A stretch of 63,954 nucleotides of DNA, counting the filler, from Bigelowiella natans CCMP2755 (lineage: Eukaryota; Protista; Cercozoa), in the NCBI GenBank assembly GCA_000320545.1. It is 8 parts of 8 records of this genome, joined end to end, with 100 filler letters (N's around TTAATTAATTAA, not from the genome) between each part and the next. Parts side by side here need not be neighbours in the genome. Positions count along the whole stretch, not along the records: positions 38,412 to 59,236 come from ADNK01001580.1; positions 59,337 to 62,575 come from ADNK01001975.1; 6 more parts are not named here. One strand, written 5' to 3'. A program made the translations under genes and the position numbers. Position 1 is the stretch's first letter, and each line of letters begins with the position of its first letter. The notes beneath the pieces are model-generated. The model ran no database searches and was not told the DNA's origin. It saw nothing but the letters and a program-made list of their open reading frames with translations. Shown here piece by piece: positions 49,515 to 61,447 of the stretch.

Positions 49515-51094
49515 ATGGGAGCGAGCAAGAGGGGCGGTACGATCGGGTCGCTTTCCCGAAGCGCAGCGTTGTTTCTGGTAATGTTGAACATGCACCGAGC
49601 CTGTGTGGACACATTAAAGCCCCCCCCCCCTCCTATCCCAGGCTACTGTGCTGGTGGTGACTGTGGTGACGATTCTGGCCTCTTCGAGGGATAATGTTAA
49701 ACGATCATATGTTGGATCGTCAGACATCGTTACAAAGGCAGGAAGCGGTATTGTTTGATCAAACCTTGCGCGTGCTGTCGTTCTCGTTTCCGCAACAACG
49801 TGCAAAACCACCCCCTCCCCCTTTCCATACAGCTATAACTGGCTATGGTGGGTATCCTAAGTCTGAGTGCGGCCGATCGTGGACACTGAGAGCTGGGGCA
49901 GGTTCTACTCATTTGTGTTTAGATGCTCTCCCTGAGCGAAAGCTCTATGTAGTGAGAGAGAAGCTGTTGCAAGGCCTTCTGTGCGGTCTTAGAATAGTGT
50001 TATCTCTACTTTATTTTAAAGGTGATGATACGGTATCGAAAGTGCGCGGGAGTAGATTCTTACGTCTCAGGGGTAACATGATTACATATGACTGAAGAAT
50101 ACTCGCAATTGTGCATAGAACTGCACTATTTGAGTTTGGGTGTCCCAGCCTCCACGCACGCGCACACGCACACACAAAAAATCACTCACACGCGCAAACA
50201 CGTGTGCGCTCGTCTTGTTCGCGCACTGCCACCCGTTCTCAGTATTTTTATTGTTTGATTGTTTCTGCTCTACTTGAAATTTAGGAGGTGAAGGCGTCCA
50301 GTACCTTAAGACAAAGAGCGAGTTTGATGAAGCTCTCAAAAATGCAGGAGATAAGATCGTCGTCGTAGGTCCGTAAATCCTCAATAAATGCAATTTCTCA
50401 TGCGTTCCTTCCTCTACTCTTTCGCTTCGTTTGGCCTGTGTTTTGCCCCTTTCGGCCCTCCAATGTACACGACGAAGGTCAGGCTACCATTCCTACGTCT
50501 CAATCTTTTCTTCATTTCTATACGATAGATTTTACTGCGACGTGGTGTGGGCCGTGTAAAAGAATCGCGCCAGTCTTTGAGCAATTGGCCGAGAAGAACA
50601 AGGCCGATTGCGTCTTCTATAAAGTTGACGTGGTAGTAATGTGATACCCCCCCGTATTCGTTCAGTTTTCTATGCTTCAGTGGCCTGTTTGCCTAGCATG
50701 AATGCATGCTCTTTGCACGTAGGTGTGTGACGATAAATAAATACTCATCGTACTGTTGTTATCAATGTTGAAAGGATGAGAACGACGAGGTCGCTCAGGA
50801 ACAAGGAGTTAGTAGCATGCCTACATTTTTCTTCTTCAAACAAGGTAGGCCCCAGGAATGATGTATTCTTCTTCTTCTTCTTCTTCTTCTTCTTCTTGTT
50901 ATGTGTGTTTGTGTGTTTCATCAATGCGCCCAATTACTCATCATATATGGCAGCACGTGCCGTGCACAAAAAGTTGTATTCAAACGCGTTGCATGTATGG
51001 TGTGCGCAACACAGGAAAGAAGGTTGGGCAGAGTGTTGGAGCTCTCGAAGAAACCCTCGTTAAAGCTCTGGAAGATGCAAAGCAAGCTTCATGA
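49515..51094 (+). CDS. TRX: Thioredoxin (WCGPC) with a long bipartite-type presequence ending in LRLRGG
   Basis: Exons 49515-49577, 49642-49747, 49833-50072 (may contain small introns), 50285-50368, 50529-50632, 50775-50844, 51015-51094. Product: [21 protein letters not shown]|[15 protein letters not shown]...GSRFLRLRG|[111 protein letters not shown]. Confidence 0.92.
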
Positions 51095-51229
51095 TGGTGA
51101 TGGTGATGGTGATGACGACGACGATGATACGTATCCGAGTGATGTTCTGCAGCACGAAAAGTTACACATGTTGCTGCTAATGCCGGATGTATTTGCCAAC
51201 CGTCATTATAAAACCCATGGAGGTGCAGT

Positions 51230-52330
51230 GCCATTTTGCATGCATGTATCAACTTGCATCATGCATCACAGTCACACAACATCGCCCACGTGATGTGTGC
51301 GCATGATCATTGGGATTCTCTGTTCCTTTCCTGTCATTATTACTAGATTTCCATATGTAGCTGCTGCTGCATGCTGCATGCTAGCATGTATCGTGCCGAA
51401 TGTCGCAATCAAGATACATAGCAAGCACCAGCTAGCTATGCTAGCACGACTGCGGCAGGCGGGTGGCTCAAAATAACATCATCATGAAAACCATCTAGCT
51501 AGCGCTACCTGGTTCTCCATAGTTACCTGCTAGCTACTAGCCTGCATGTCAGGCAAGTGTTATTGCTAGTGTCAGTCCGCATTTGACACAGCTCTGGAGC
51601 TCACACTAGTACAAGCAAGTGCAGAAGTCAAACATGCATTGAGCTAGCAAGCTAGCAAGCAGGCTGGGCCGCAATGTGCAGCGTGTGCGAAAAATGCGCA
51701 TGAAGCTGAGCACATTTTGCAAATGACAGCGGTACCTGCTAGCTAGCTAGCCTGTTCCGCCCAGCTGTAGCCATTGCTCGAATGCGACACGCTAGCTAGC
51801 TAGCACGCGTGGGCAGCGTGCCCATCGATGCACGTTGATTTAAAGCTCCACGACAGTGCCAGAGTGACGTCTAGACGTGATATGTCATTGTGGTGCAAAA
51901 ACCCACACACAGCTCTAGCTAGAGCTAGACAGCACTGCTGCAGCAGAGTGCAGCAACAGCAAAATGGCGCAACAAAACAGGATGCACGCGTGCACCGAGC
52001 TGCTGCCTACATCTAGATATCTAGATGTGTGCTTAGATGCGCATTGATAAGCATGCCAGATGTGACAATTGCGCGCGCATCTAGGTATGTCGGAACTCAC
52101 GATCTCTAGACCTGTCTAGCTAGCTAGCTGTCGTCCATGTTCATCGAAAATGCTACGCACATATGAACGCTAGGACGTTAAAACGAAGCAGCGGCAGCTG
52201 ACAGCTCTAGAGCTAGACATTCATGAACGCGACAACAAAACGTCAGCTGCGTAGATCGAGATCGAAGGCTGTATAGCAGCACTACTCTAGCTAATTAGAG
52301 CATGCTAGCATGGTACATCTCACTTTCAAA
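51230..52330. other. CTAG/CATG/TGCA island between convergent thioredoxin and TPR-like genes
   Basis: tgctagctagctagcc, gctagctagctagcacg, ctctagctagagctagac, tctagatatctagat, gtctagctagctagctg. Confidence 0.85.
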
Positions 52331-52412
52331 AACAATAGCAATATCGATCATCATGCAGTCGCCAGCCTATTCTTACAGGCACCGACTACTTTCAGCATCG
52401 ACTCTTTATATA

Positions 52413-52453
<41 letters not shown>

Positions 52454-52499
52454 CATAATATTATATCTCTAAGCAGTGAAGTGTCTCACAATGGCATCT

Positions 52500-53610
52500 T
52501 TAGAGTAGAAGCTTCCTAATATTAGTAGCCGCCTTTAGTTCCGAGACAATGGGGTGGGAGAGCAGTTCCAACGCAAACGCCTTCGATTCCAGGGCGACGT
52601 CAGGCTTGTGGCACGCTTTCGCCGACAAAGACAGCCACGTGTGCGCCCGGGCCAAGAAAACCATGTAGTTGCGAGATGCCCCCCCACTGGTTAGCACGAA
52701 AGACGCCTGCGCACAAAACGAAGAGAATACACGTCAGATTCCATGAAGAAGAGGCTCTCGCCCATGCTCGAGCTCAGTTGGTTTGAAACATCGCAGTTAG
52801 TTTGCATCTCTCACACCTTCGGTTTCTCCGTCGAGGAGGAGGCCGTATCCCCGCCGCTATCATAACCTGCTCCGCTGGCCGCCTTGGCAGCTGCAGCTGC
52901 GTGATCGAGCAGCTTCCCGAACATCCCCCCCTCCTTCATCTCGTCGTCCTGCTCGATCTGTACAAGCGCCGTCCGCACGGAGGCGAGCGCACCTTCGTAG
53001 TCTCCCCGCAGGTATTTGCAGATGCCAAGGCCGAGCAGAGCACCAGCCATGTTCTTCTTGGGGATGTTGGAACCATCGGCGGATTTCCTTCCACGCGTCC
53101 TGTTTATCTCGGCCAAGGCCTTGGAGACGTCCTGGTTGGCGGCAGCTGCGAAGGCGAGCGCGGAAGCAGGGGGGGAGGGGACTCCGGAGGTGTCTCCGCC
53201 AGGGCTGCCGACGATGGCTGGTAGTATGGTGTTTGTTGTTAGAGTGGGAGAGGGGAGGGCGGGGAACGGGCCGTTGGTTCGGGAGAGTGGGTACGGTGGT
53301 GATTCCCGGGCGTGATTGGGTGTATTTTAGGATGGGTATCAACTCACGTTATAGTTGTTCTATTTTTAAAAAATACGAAGATTTGTTATCGTAAACACTT
53401 TCCCTCTCACCCCTTCTCCTCCTCCTCCTCCCTCGCGTACAGTCCACCACCACCATCACCACCACTATCATCGTCATCATCACCATCATCACACATAGAG
53501 GTTCTAACCCTGAGTAAACACAGCTTCAGCCTCTACCATGGCCTTGCCGTTGCACATCCCCAATAGACAATATCTGGAAGATCGGACCGCCATTTCTCTC
53601 AATAATACAC

Positions 53611-53647
<37 letters not shown>

Positions 53648-54587
53648 GAACGCAGCAACAACAGCAGCAGCAGCAGAGCGAGAGAAGACGATTTTTGCCT
53701 TCCTAAATAAGAAGGTAGTGGGTCCTTCACGCAGAGGGGCTCGCCGCAAACTAGCAAATCAACTATCACCCAAGATTCTCCCGTGCGTAGCATGTTTCCA
53801 TCTTCTCCGAGCGCGCGATCATCTGGCGAAGAAGGTCCGCGGAAGTGCTGTAGTCGCCTTGCTTGTAGCGCATGTGGGCCATCACCTGCATCGCTCCGAG
53901 AGAAAACCGGATGTCCTTCTAATAGGGTGTCGTTCAATTTATTGCCATAAACATGATGCGCGATGGGAAAGAAACTTTGGAAGAGCACATATTTTAACGC
54001 ACGCACACACAAACATCCACACACACACATCCAGACACACACGCATACGATATTTGCTCTTTCTTAAATGCTCGAGAAGAGATGATACAGGCGTTTTGGA
54101 AGGAAAGCAAAGGTCGGCGTCTGTCCCCTCCTCCCCCCTCCCCTTCTCCGTTAAAGGCCATCATTCAATCATCTCGTTGTTCTCACCTTGGCCACGCACG
54201 AAGGGGTAAGTGTTCTAATAAGATCGTCCGCTTCCTTGATCTTATGGCACACAATCCATAGGTTTGCGAGGGACAAGGCAGAGGAGAGGCCGACGTTGTC
54301 CTCCCCCCCTCTCTGGTGAAGGATCGTTGCCGTGTGGTTGAGGAAGGTCTTAACGACATTATCCGCTATCAAAGAGCGCCCGTCCTTGCCGTCTACCTTC
54401 CCTACGACTGAGTCGAGAAGGTTGGTGGATGGCGAGGAGGAGGAGGAGGTGGAGGAGGAGGAGGAGGAGGCAGATGTTTTTTCACCTGTCAATTGTGTAT
54501 AGAATAGTGTTTGTGTGCGTGTGTGCGTGCGTGCGTGTGTGTGTGTGTGTGTGTGTGTGTCGTATTCTAGTGTTCAATCTCTCTTCT

Positions 54588-54632
<45 letters not shown>

Positions 54633-55710
54633 TCTCTCTCACTCTCTCTCTCGGGGGAAATGGGAATTTGTACTGTCATAAATGCCTACCACCGCACATT
54701 ATCTTTTGAAGAAGAGAGTGTGTATCTTACATTACTGCACTACTACTACTACTGATGACAAACCACACCGCTTTCTGCACATTACTGCACTACTACTACT
54801 ACTGTTGACAAACCACACCGCTTTCTGCACATTTGAAGTCCCATTCCAACATACACCCAAAAGGGCGGCCATGGGAAGCTGGAGATGCCGACGATGTCGA
54901 TGATGATGGTAACGACGACGAATTTACTTCCGAGCTCGTCTGCCTGCTATTAGCGTCGTCTGAATTTGTCATCTTTTTCTCCTCTTTCTGTTTCTTCGAT
55001 CTCCATCTGTTCGCCGAGTCAACGACCGCTTTAGACTCAAACACCCATAACGAAGAAGCATCCTCGGACGAAATTCGGAATGTTTCAAGCCGAGACGGAT
55101 CTTCAAACGATGATGACGATGAAGAAGAAACTTCCTCTTTCGTGTCGCCCTTCCTTCCGCTACTCCGTCTGCTTGAGCTTCCCTTTTTCTTGGCACGATC
55201 ATCGTCTTTGCTCTGATATCCTTCTTCGGGGTTTGGAGGAGGCTTATAGTACTTGTATGGCGCACGCTTTGCATCAAAGATCAACTTGCCTACCGTATGA
55301 GGCACAAATGTAAGTTTCGTGTGATCATTAAATGAGTGACTGTTGCGAGTTATTTGCACCGGTGCGGAGCCCGCGTAAATGCGCCTCTTTCACCTCCACC
55401 ATTTTCATGCCAACCCCAGCTCCAAGTTGGATTACACGTTTTCCATTTCTCGGCAAAGTACAGATCAACCCTCTGTTCCCTGTATTTATAGTCAAGGAAA
55501 TCTTATAAGTAAGAATTGCTTTGAGACCGTATACCTTTCTTACCTTTCTCTGGACCTGCAATTATCTCCACCTCGTCCCCAAGTGTTACCTAGTATTGCA
55601 GTGGTATCAGAAATCCTATTTATCGAGACGTTCTATGCTCAATCAGCCTGTCCCAGCCCAAATCTCATTTCAACCCTTATTAAGTCGACCGTCGTACGCC
55701 TCGAAGCCAT
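52500..55710 (-). CDS. Multi-exon TPR-like alpha-helical protein (start approximate)
   Basis: Exons include AGALLGLGICKYLRGDYEGALASVRTALVQ and AMQVMAHMRYKQGDYSTSADLLRQM (TPR-like A..LG....GDY..A pattern). Stop at 52500. Confidence 0.55.
54729..54833. repeat. 50-bp tandem duplication (2 copies, 1 mismatch)
   Basis: acattactgcactactactactactg(a/t)tgacaaaccacaccgctttctgc at 54729-54778 and 54779-54828. Confidence 0.9.
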
Positions 55711-56842
55711 TCCAAACAAATTCCGTGAGTGTGCAAAAGGAATTCCAAATTAAATGGCAATTCTATCCTGCGACAACGGAGAAAATTACCTAGCGGGGAA
55801 CTTACACTGGAGTCATAAAAGGCTCAACCGAATTTAAAAAACTGAAGTCGTTTCCAAAGTGTAAGATGAGTTTCAAAATTTTGTTCCTTTTTTCTGACGA
55901 TATTTATGACTTATTTCAGGTCTACAGCTGAAATGTGAAAGCATCGCAGGAAAAAATCTGGATCCGGCTTGCTTCATCTACCGAAATTCGAAATGTTCAG
56001 TTTTGGGATAAAGAAATATATAGTACGAAGAATCTGTTTCGACGAATTATTAGCATTTCGCGGGAGTAATTTTCAACAAAAGCCTGAGATTTTAGGATTT
56101 CTTCGAAAGCAATGGATTTCCAAAATAGCATTTAGACTTAATTTCCTTACAGGCTGATAAGTACAAAAACGGAGTCTATGTTCGAGAAATAGGCTATTTA
56201 TCCGGTAATTTGTGGGTTAAAATTGTCAGAAAAGATGTCGCAACTAAATTTTCTCGGCATTTTCTCTATGGAAGTACAGTTCGTGCCGTACTGCTGCGTG
56301 CTGAAAATACCCAATTTTCGAGGTTGGGCTTGAGAAGGTGGTTGCGATTAATGGGGTTTGTTTCATGGATGGATGATCCCTTCCTTGATCCTTTTCCCGC
56401 CCCTCTTTACCTCTTTATGTTGGAACTCTGTGGAGTTTGCGTTTTGCATTCGAACAGTCTCGGGTAGATTTATGGGGGAGAGAATGGAGAAATCGGGGTA
56501 GTCGTAGGTTCTATGAAACAATAGATACATCCTCCGACCTACGTTCGAAAAACTTCGAAATAGGGAAATGACTGCAGCCTTTTGCTTCCGGAAATGAGCC
56601 GATTGTTATTTGCGTTCGTTCGTTCGTTGAAATAACATAGCAGGGAACAGTTGGACTAATAAAGCGTCCCCATAGGTCATTCTGCCAACTTTCTTGCCCT
56701 TCTCTATCAATACTGAGAAGCGAAGAAGAGGATAACGGACAGATCCGACCTGAAAAGAAACCTGTAAGTACTTTGAAAAATTATATTACTCTTGAGGACG
56801 GCAGGCTCCCAACATCATTTCCGGAAATAATTGAATACAACC

Positions 56843-57328
56843 ATGAGCACGCAACCGACACCTCCAAAAAAAGGAGGAATCCTACAAGGATTAGAGAAAG
56901 CACAGAAATCGAAGATGATGAAATACGAAAGTAATTTCTTGGTTAAACTAACTTTTGCCAGCCTTCACTGTTTCGATCACGCCCATGTTGTTAACATCGA
57001 CCAGGGGGGCGGCAGAAAGTAGATGAAGCGCTTGGCGACGAGGCAGCCTCCTTTCTCAAGCTTGTCAACACCGTTCTTGAACAACAACACGGAGAGAAGG
57101 TGCTTTTCTATATCAACCACTGAAATCAGTACAGCCGAGATGGCTGCGTCATCTTACTCTTACCGGACATGTACACGCAGTTTGCGGCCAAGTCGCAGGA
57201 GGATACCTACCGGATGATCGTGAAGCTGAAACGATATCGAGCAAAAACTACAGCAATCCCCGGAAGGGGAGGACCCTGAATTAAGATTTAGGGTGCTACT
57301 AAGATGAAAGAGGAGATGGAGAGGGAGA

Positions 57329-57375
<47 letters not shown>

Positions 57376-58515
57376 GTTAGAAAAGTTCAAACGAGAGACG
57401 GAAATATGGAAAATTTCAACTAGAAGATCCTCTTGATGATGTCAATAGAAAACCAATTTCAACTACAAGATCCTCTTAGAGGATGGCAACTGAAAAATAG
57501 GACTAAACGGTAGGGTTTTGCTCAGGTTGACAAGGCATTTAATACGCTGATTCGACAGTTCCGAATCGCCCTTTACTCCTCGCAGCCCCCCCCAGAAAAA
57601 AACCTCCAGAAGGTACAATCGATTGCATTGATGGCATTGTTTGCCATTGTATATTGCTCTAAATGACACGGGTTCAAGGAAAGAGCTCTAATACTCGATC
57701 ATCTTCAGGCTGAAGTCGCGGCATTAAAGATACCTTTCGACGAGGTCTTCAAGATAGCACAGTCATGTTGTATTGTTGCCGTTGTTGTTGTCGTTTCTGT
57801 TTTTTTTTAAAGCCTAACGTAGGCGCTCCAACACCGCTACTATTTTTTATTGAAAAGGTGAGTGCATCACTCTTGGCGATGGTATCTGGAAACATGACTA
57901 AGAAGAACATGGACAGGGTAAACGACAATTCGTAGGAATGTGGTGAGGCTGATGATGATGTTGGTGAGGAGTATGGTGATGAGGACGATGCGGGAGAAGA
58001 TCTAATAGTAATATTTATGCCGAACCTGAAGAAAAATACGTTGATATCAATTTGAGCGCACTTTGAAAAATGATTGTAGATGAAAGAGCTAATGGACGAA
58101 ATCTCGAGGCCAGCGCTACTGGAAAAGCTGCTTTTCGATAAAAGGTGTTGTTTTCTTTCCATCTGTTCATGTAGCTTTGCACGCATACATGTACCCATTG
58201 AATCCTCCACTCCACGCGTAATCAAGTGATTATACCCCCCCCCCCCCTCCCCCGAAAAAGAAATAATTAACTTGATTTTGTCCTGCTAAGAGCTGCAGAC
58301 GGGGGGAGGCAGGGAGTATTATCTTTCGCACTGAAAACGTGATATTTATCAAACGCAGTTTTGAAGACATCCGCGCGAAGATGAAGGCACTTTTCGAGAA
58401 GATATATCAGGAGTTATTGGAGGGTACTGGTGAGATCTTTGAAGATACCGCTGAAAGAAGGTAGTAGCCCGTTGAATACATGCATGGGTGTATGTGCGTG
58501 TACATAAGGTGTCTC

Positions 58516-58546
<31 letters not shown>

Positions 58547-58963
58547 GGTGTGTCCATATATACTGCATGTTAATCGGGTATTTACGTCATATTTTCATAC
58601 TATGCTACTCTAAAAACCCCACGCACAATTGGAAGGAAAAGCGTTGTTGTATCATGTGGCCCGTCGCCGCCATCCTCGTCGTTTTTTGGAATAAAGTTAT
58701 TTGTTCGATTGGCCCTCTCACAACTTGGTCCTCTATGCTTTATAGAAGGAGGAATGAGAAGAAGAACAAGGGAGGCGCCAAAATCACTCTCGATGTCCCA
58801 TCTGTCAGAGACTCGTTTCAATAACTCGCCGACCGTCAAGTAGGAGCATTTGTGATTGAAGTTTGTTACGCGAGCAATTTAGAAGGGAGGAGCGAGATTG
58901 TATAATATTTGTCTTTCACTCGGTCGGAAGGATGCTTGATTTATCTAGCTCGTGCTGATTGAA

Positions 58964-59003
<40 letters not shown>

Positions 59004-59187
59004 ATGTGTGCGTGTGTGCCGAGTGAAAGTACCGACATCGATGTATACCAGGAATTTGGAGGGGGGAACAACGGGGGCGAGGAGAAAACCCGATGTTGCG
59101 TCGTTGCGAGCTGTGGAAGTAAGCACATCCCTAAGAGATTGTGAGTGCAAGTCGTATTCTTACGAGCTAAGCTTTTAACAGTTATGA

Positions 59188-59223
<36 letters not shown>

Positions 59224-59236
59224 GATATATATATAT
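56843..59236 (+). CDS. Multi-exon protein with a TNFAIP8/TIPE (DUF758)-like helical domain (3' truncated)
   Basis: Spliced: GLEKAQKSKMMKYE|RGRQKVDEALGDEAASFLKLVNTVLEQQHGEK|FAAKSQEDTYRMIVKL...VSASLLAMVSGNMTKKNMDR|MKELMDEISRPALLEKLLFDKS|FEDIRAKMKALFEKIY. Pattern recalls TIPE ([34 protein letters not shown]). Confidence 0.5.
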
Positions 59237-59336
59237 NNNNNNNNNNNNNNNNNNNNNNNNNNNNNNNNNNNNNNNNNNNNTTAATTAATTAANNNNNNNN
59301 NNNNNNNNNNNNNNNNNNNNNNNNNNNNNNNNNNNN
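59237..59336. other. Artificial contig spacer
   Basis: N44-TTAATTAATTAA-N44. Confidence 0.98.
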
Positions 59337-60612
59337 GGTTGTTGCTGCCTTGCCATTTGCTGTTGTTATATCCTTGTCCTCTGCCTTTCTTTCTCTTTAA
59401 CTTCTCGTAGTGTTCGTTGAGCTGCCTGATCGTCATCCTGGGTCGTCCTTCTTTCCTGTCTCTGCAGTCTTTAGCGGTGTGTTTCCCTTTACGTGAGCAG
59501 TATCCGCAACGTCGGTTACCTTCCCTGTCCTTGTACCAGTCTCGCTGCGGCTTAATAGCGTTAATGTTTCCTATGCCAGGTACCTTAGGGCTGGTAAACT
59601 TGCGGTCCTGCTCCTGCTCGCGTAGGGATATAGCCTGCACTGCTGCCTCCATCGTGGTGTAGCCTTTCTCCGTAACGTAAGTGGATTCCTTTATCTTTAA
59701 CTTGAACTCTTCAAACCTTGCCTGATCATCACCTGTGTTGTAATTAAAATCATGTAGTTCGTCGATCATATCCTGGAAGCGCGTGGCAAAGTCTCTAACA
59801 GGTTCTCTCTCATGCTGCATCATTGCTCTGTATTTTCTAATAGCCTGGGGTAGGGAGTTAGCATCCTGTTCATTTACAAAAGCCTTCATTATCGCCTCAA
59901 CGTCTCGTAGCCCACTAACTGTAGTGTGTATTTTCTCTAGCTGCCTGATCCGGGTCCTGCCTGTCTCGTAAAGGTCCATGGCTTGCTTTATTATAGCTAG
60001 CCATTTGAGCTTGTCGTTTTCGGTGGGGTTAGGGGTAAAGTCGCAGAGTATACTCCTAGCGTTCTTCCACCACCTCCTTGCCTCACCTCTTTCCCGTTGT
60101 ATTTCGTTATCATAACCGGTGCTGTTTTACAGACATGAACTGGGTGTCCGCTGTACCGGCTGCTGCTGCTTGACGGTGCTCTGGGTCGTCCCCCGCGAGG
60201 CGCCCAGACCCCCGTCGTTCCTAAACAAAGCTGCCCACTCTGGAGGTAAGTCTGCTTCGTAATCCATGATGTCCTGCATGATAGCTGCCCAAACATCATG
60301 TGTCTGATACTTGTATTCTATCGATACTTTCAGTTTGGCGTAGTTGCTCGCCCTGGGTCGCAAGGCTCGTAATGCCATTACGACCTTCTTGCTTTCGGCG
60401 GCCACGTCCTCGTCGTCCGCCTCGTAGAAGTTCTCCAGTGCCTCTGCTGCTGCATCTGCTTTCTTAATCCCGGGTGCTGGTCCCGGCGGTGCCTGTGGAG
60501 GTGTTCCTCCTCCTTCCTTAGCGTCCGTATCGCCCTTCCTTTCCTGTTTCTGCTCGTGCCCTTGCACGGCCTGCGAGCCAAAGTCCTGCTGTTCTTCTAG
60601 CTGCTGTGACAT
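59337..60612 (-). pseudogene. gag: Retrotransposon gag interrupted by an in-frame TAA at 60127-60129
   Basis: ORFs 60127-60612 and 59337-59979 share a frame and are linked by ..GEARRWWKNARSIL... Capsid-like MMQHEREPVRDFATRFQDMIDEL; zinc knuckle CGYCSRKGKHTAKDC (C-x2-C-x5-H-x4-C). Confidence 0.8.
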
Positions 60613-60628
60613 TGTTAGTCAAATCGTT

Positions 60629-60646
60629 TCCCGTGTGTGGAAGCCA
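60629..60646 (-). promoter_or_regulatory. Primer binding site
   Basis: TGGCTTCCACACACGGGA begins 5 nt after the LTR end and is complementary to a tRNA-like 3' end ...CCCGTGTGTGGAAG-CCA. Confidence 0.65.
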
Positions 60647-60651
60647 AAGGT

Positions 60652-60977
60652 TGTTGCGCGTAAGGTGTTCACAGGCCGAGGCGCTACGTGCACAAGTAGG
60701 CAGGGGGGGGGAAAGGCACGTTTGCTTCCTTTTGAAGAGTTGTGTTTATTTTTATTAAAGATTATATTTTTATTAAATCGTGCACTGCGTAATCATTCGC
60801 GAAGCTTTCGCGAATGCCGCCGCACGTGGGGCAGCACACTTCCGGTGTGCTGCCATGAGTCCCGCCGGAACCCACGTGCCTATGCTGTATTAATATCTAC
60901 GTTATCTATATTCTATATCCGCGACAACCCCTTTGTTGTCGCACGTGACTTGTGCCCGCGTAGTGGTACGCGCTACA
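60652..60977 (-). repeat. 5' long terminal repeat
   Basis: On the minus strand it begins TGTAGCGCGTA and ends TACGCGCAACA (TG...CA, 10/11 terminal inverted repeat). Contains AT-rich TATA-like and AATAAA signals. Confidence 0.75.
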
Positions 60978-60979
60978 TG

Positions 60980-61440
60980 TAGCAGCACCGCGATGCCTGT
61001 CCACTTGCCGTGCACATGCATGAGTGTGCTTGGGCTCGAAATCATCGAATTACTTCGCATGACGCATCGCTAGATCGTTGCATGTTGCTTGTTGCACGCA
61101 CGCCAGCATGGTCGATCCACAGCCTAGCGACAACATGCACAGTGCACTCACTACCACGCACGCACAGCCGCACGCATTCGATTCAGCATGAACATGCATG
61201 AGATCTGTACCTACCTAGCTAGACGATGCTCTTTCAACTAGATTTTGGCCGCATGTCCAACATGAATCGAAGCGCATTGTGAATCATGCATGGAATGCAC
61301 ATGTGCATCGCACATCGCACATGGCATCCCAGTTGACTGATGAGCTACGCTGGACGTATATGGGCTTACAAGATCGCATCATTGCTTGAAACTAATTCCT
61401 ACATGTCGTGCACGGCATGTCATCATGTATCGTACACATG
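60980..61440. other. CATG/TGCA/CTAG island downstream of a minus-strand gene, abutting the LTR
   Basis: gctagatc, gcctagcg, acctagctagacg, aactagat, dense catg/tgca. Confidence 0.65.
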
Positions 61441-61447
61441 CTGCCTG

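Larger units (their letters stand above)
59337..60977 (-). mobile_element. 5' part of an LTR retrotransposon (probably Ty3/gypsy-like): LTR, PBS, gag; truncated by the spacer
   Basis: 326-bp LTR, PBS and gag with zinc knuckle lie in the canonical order. No introns or microsatellites, unlike host genes. Confidence 0.85.
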
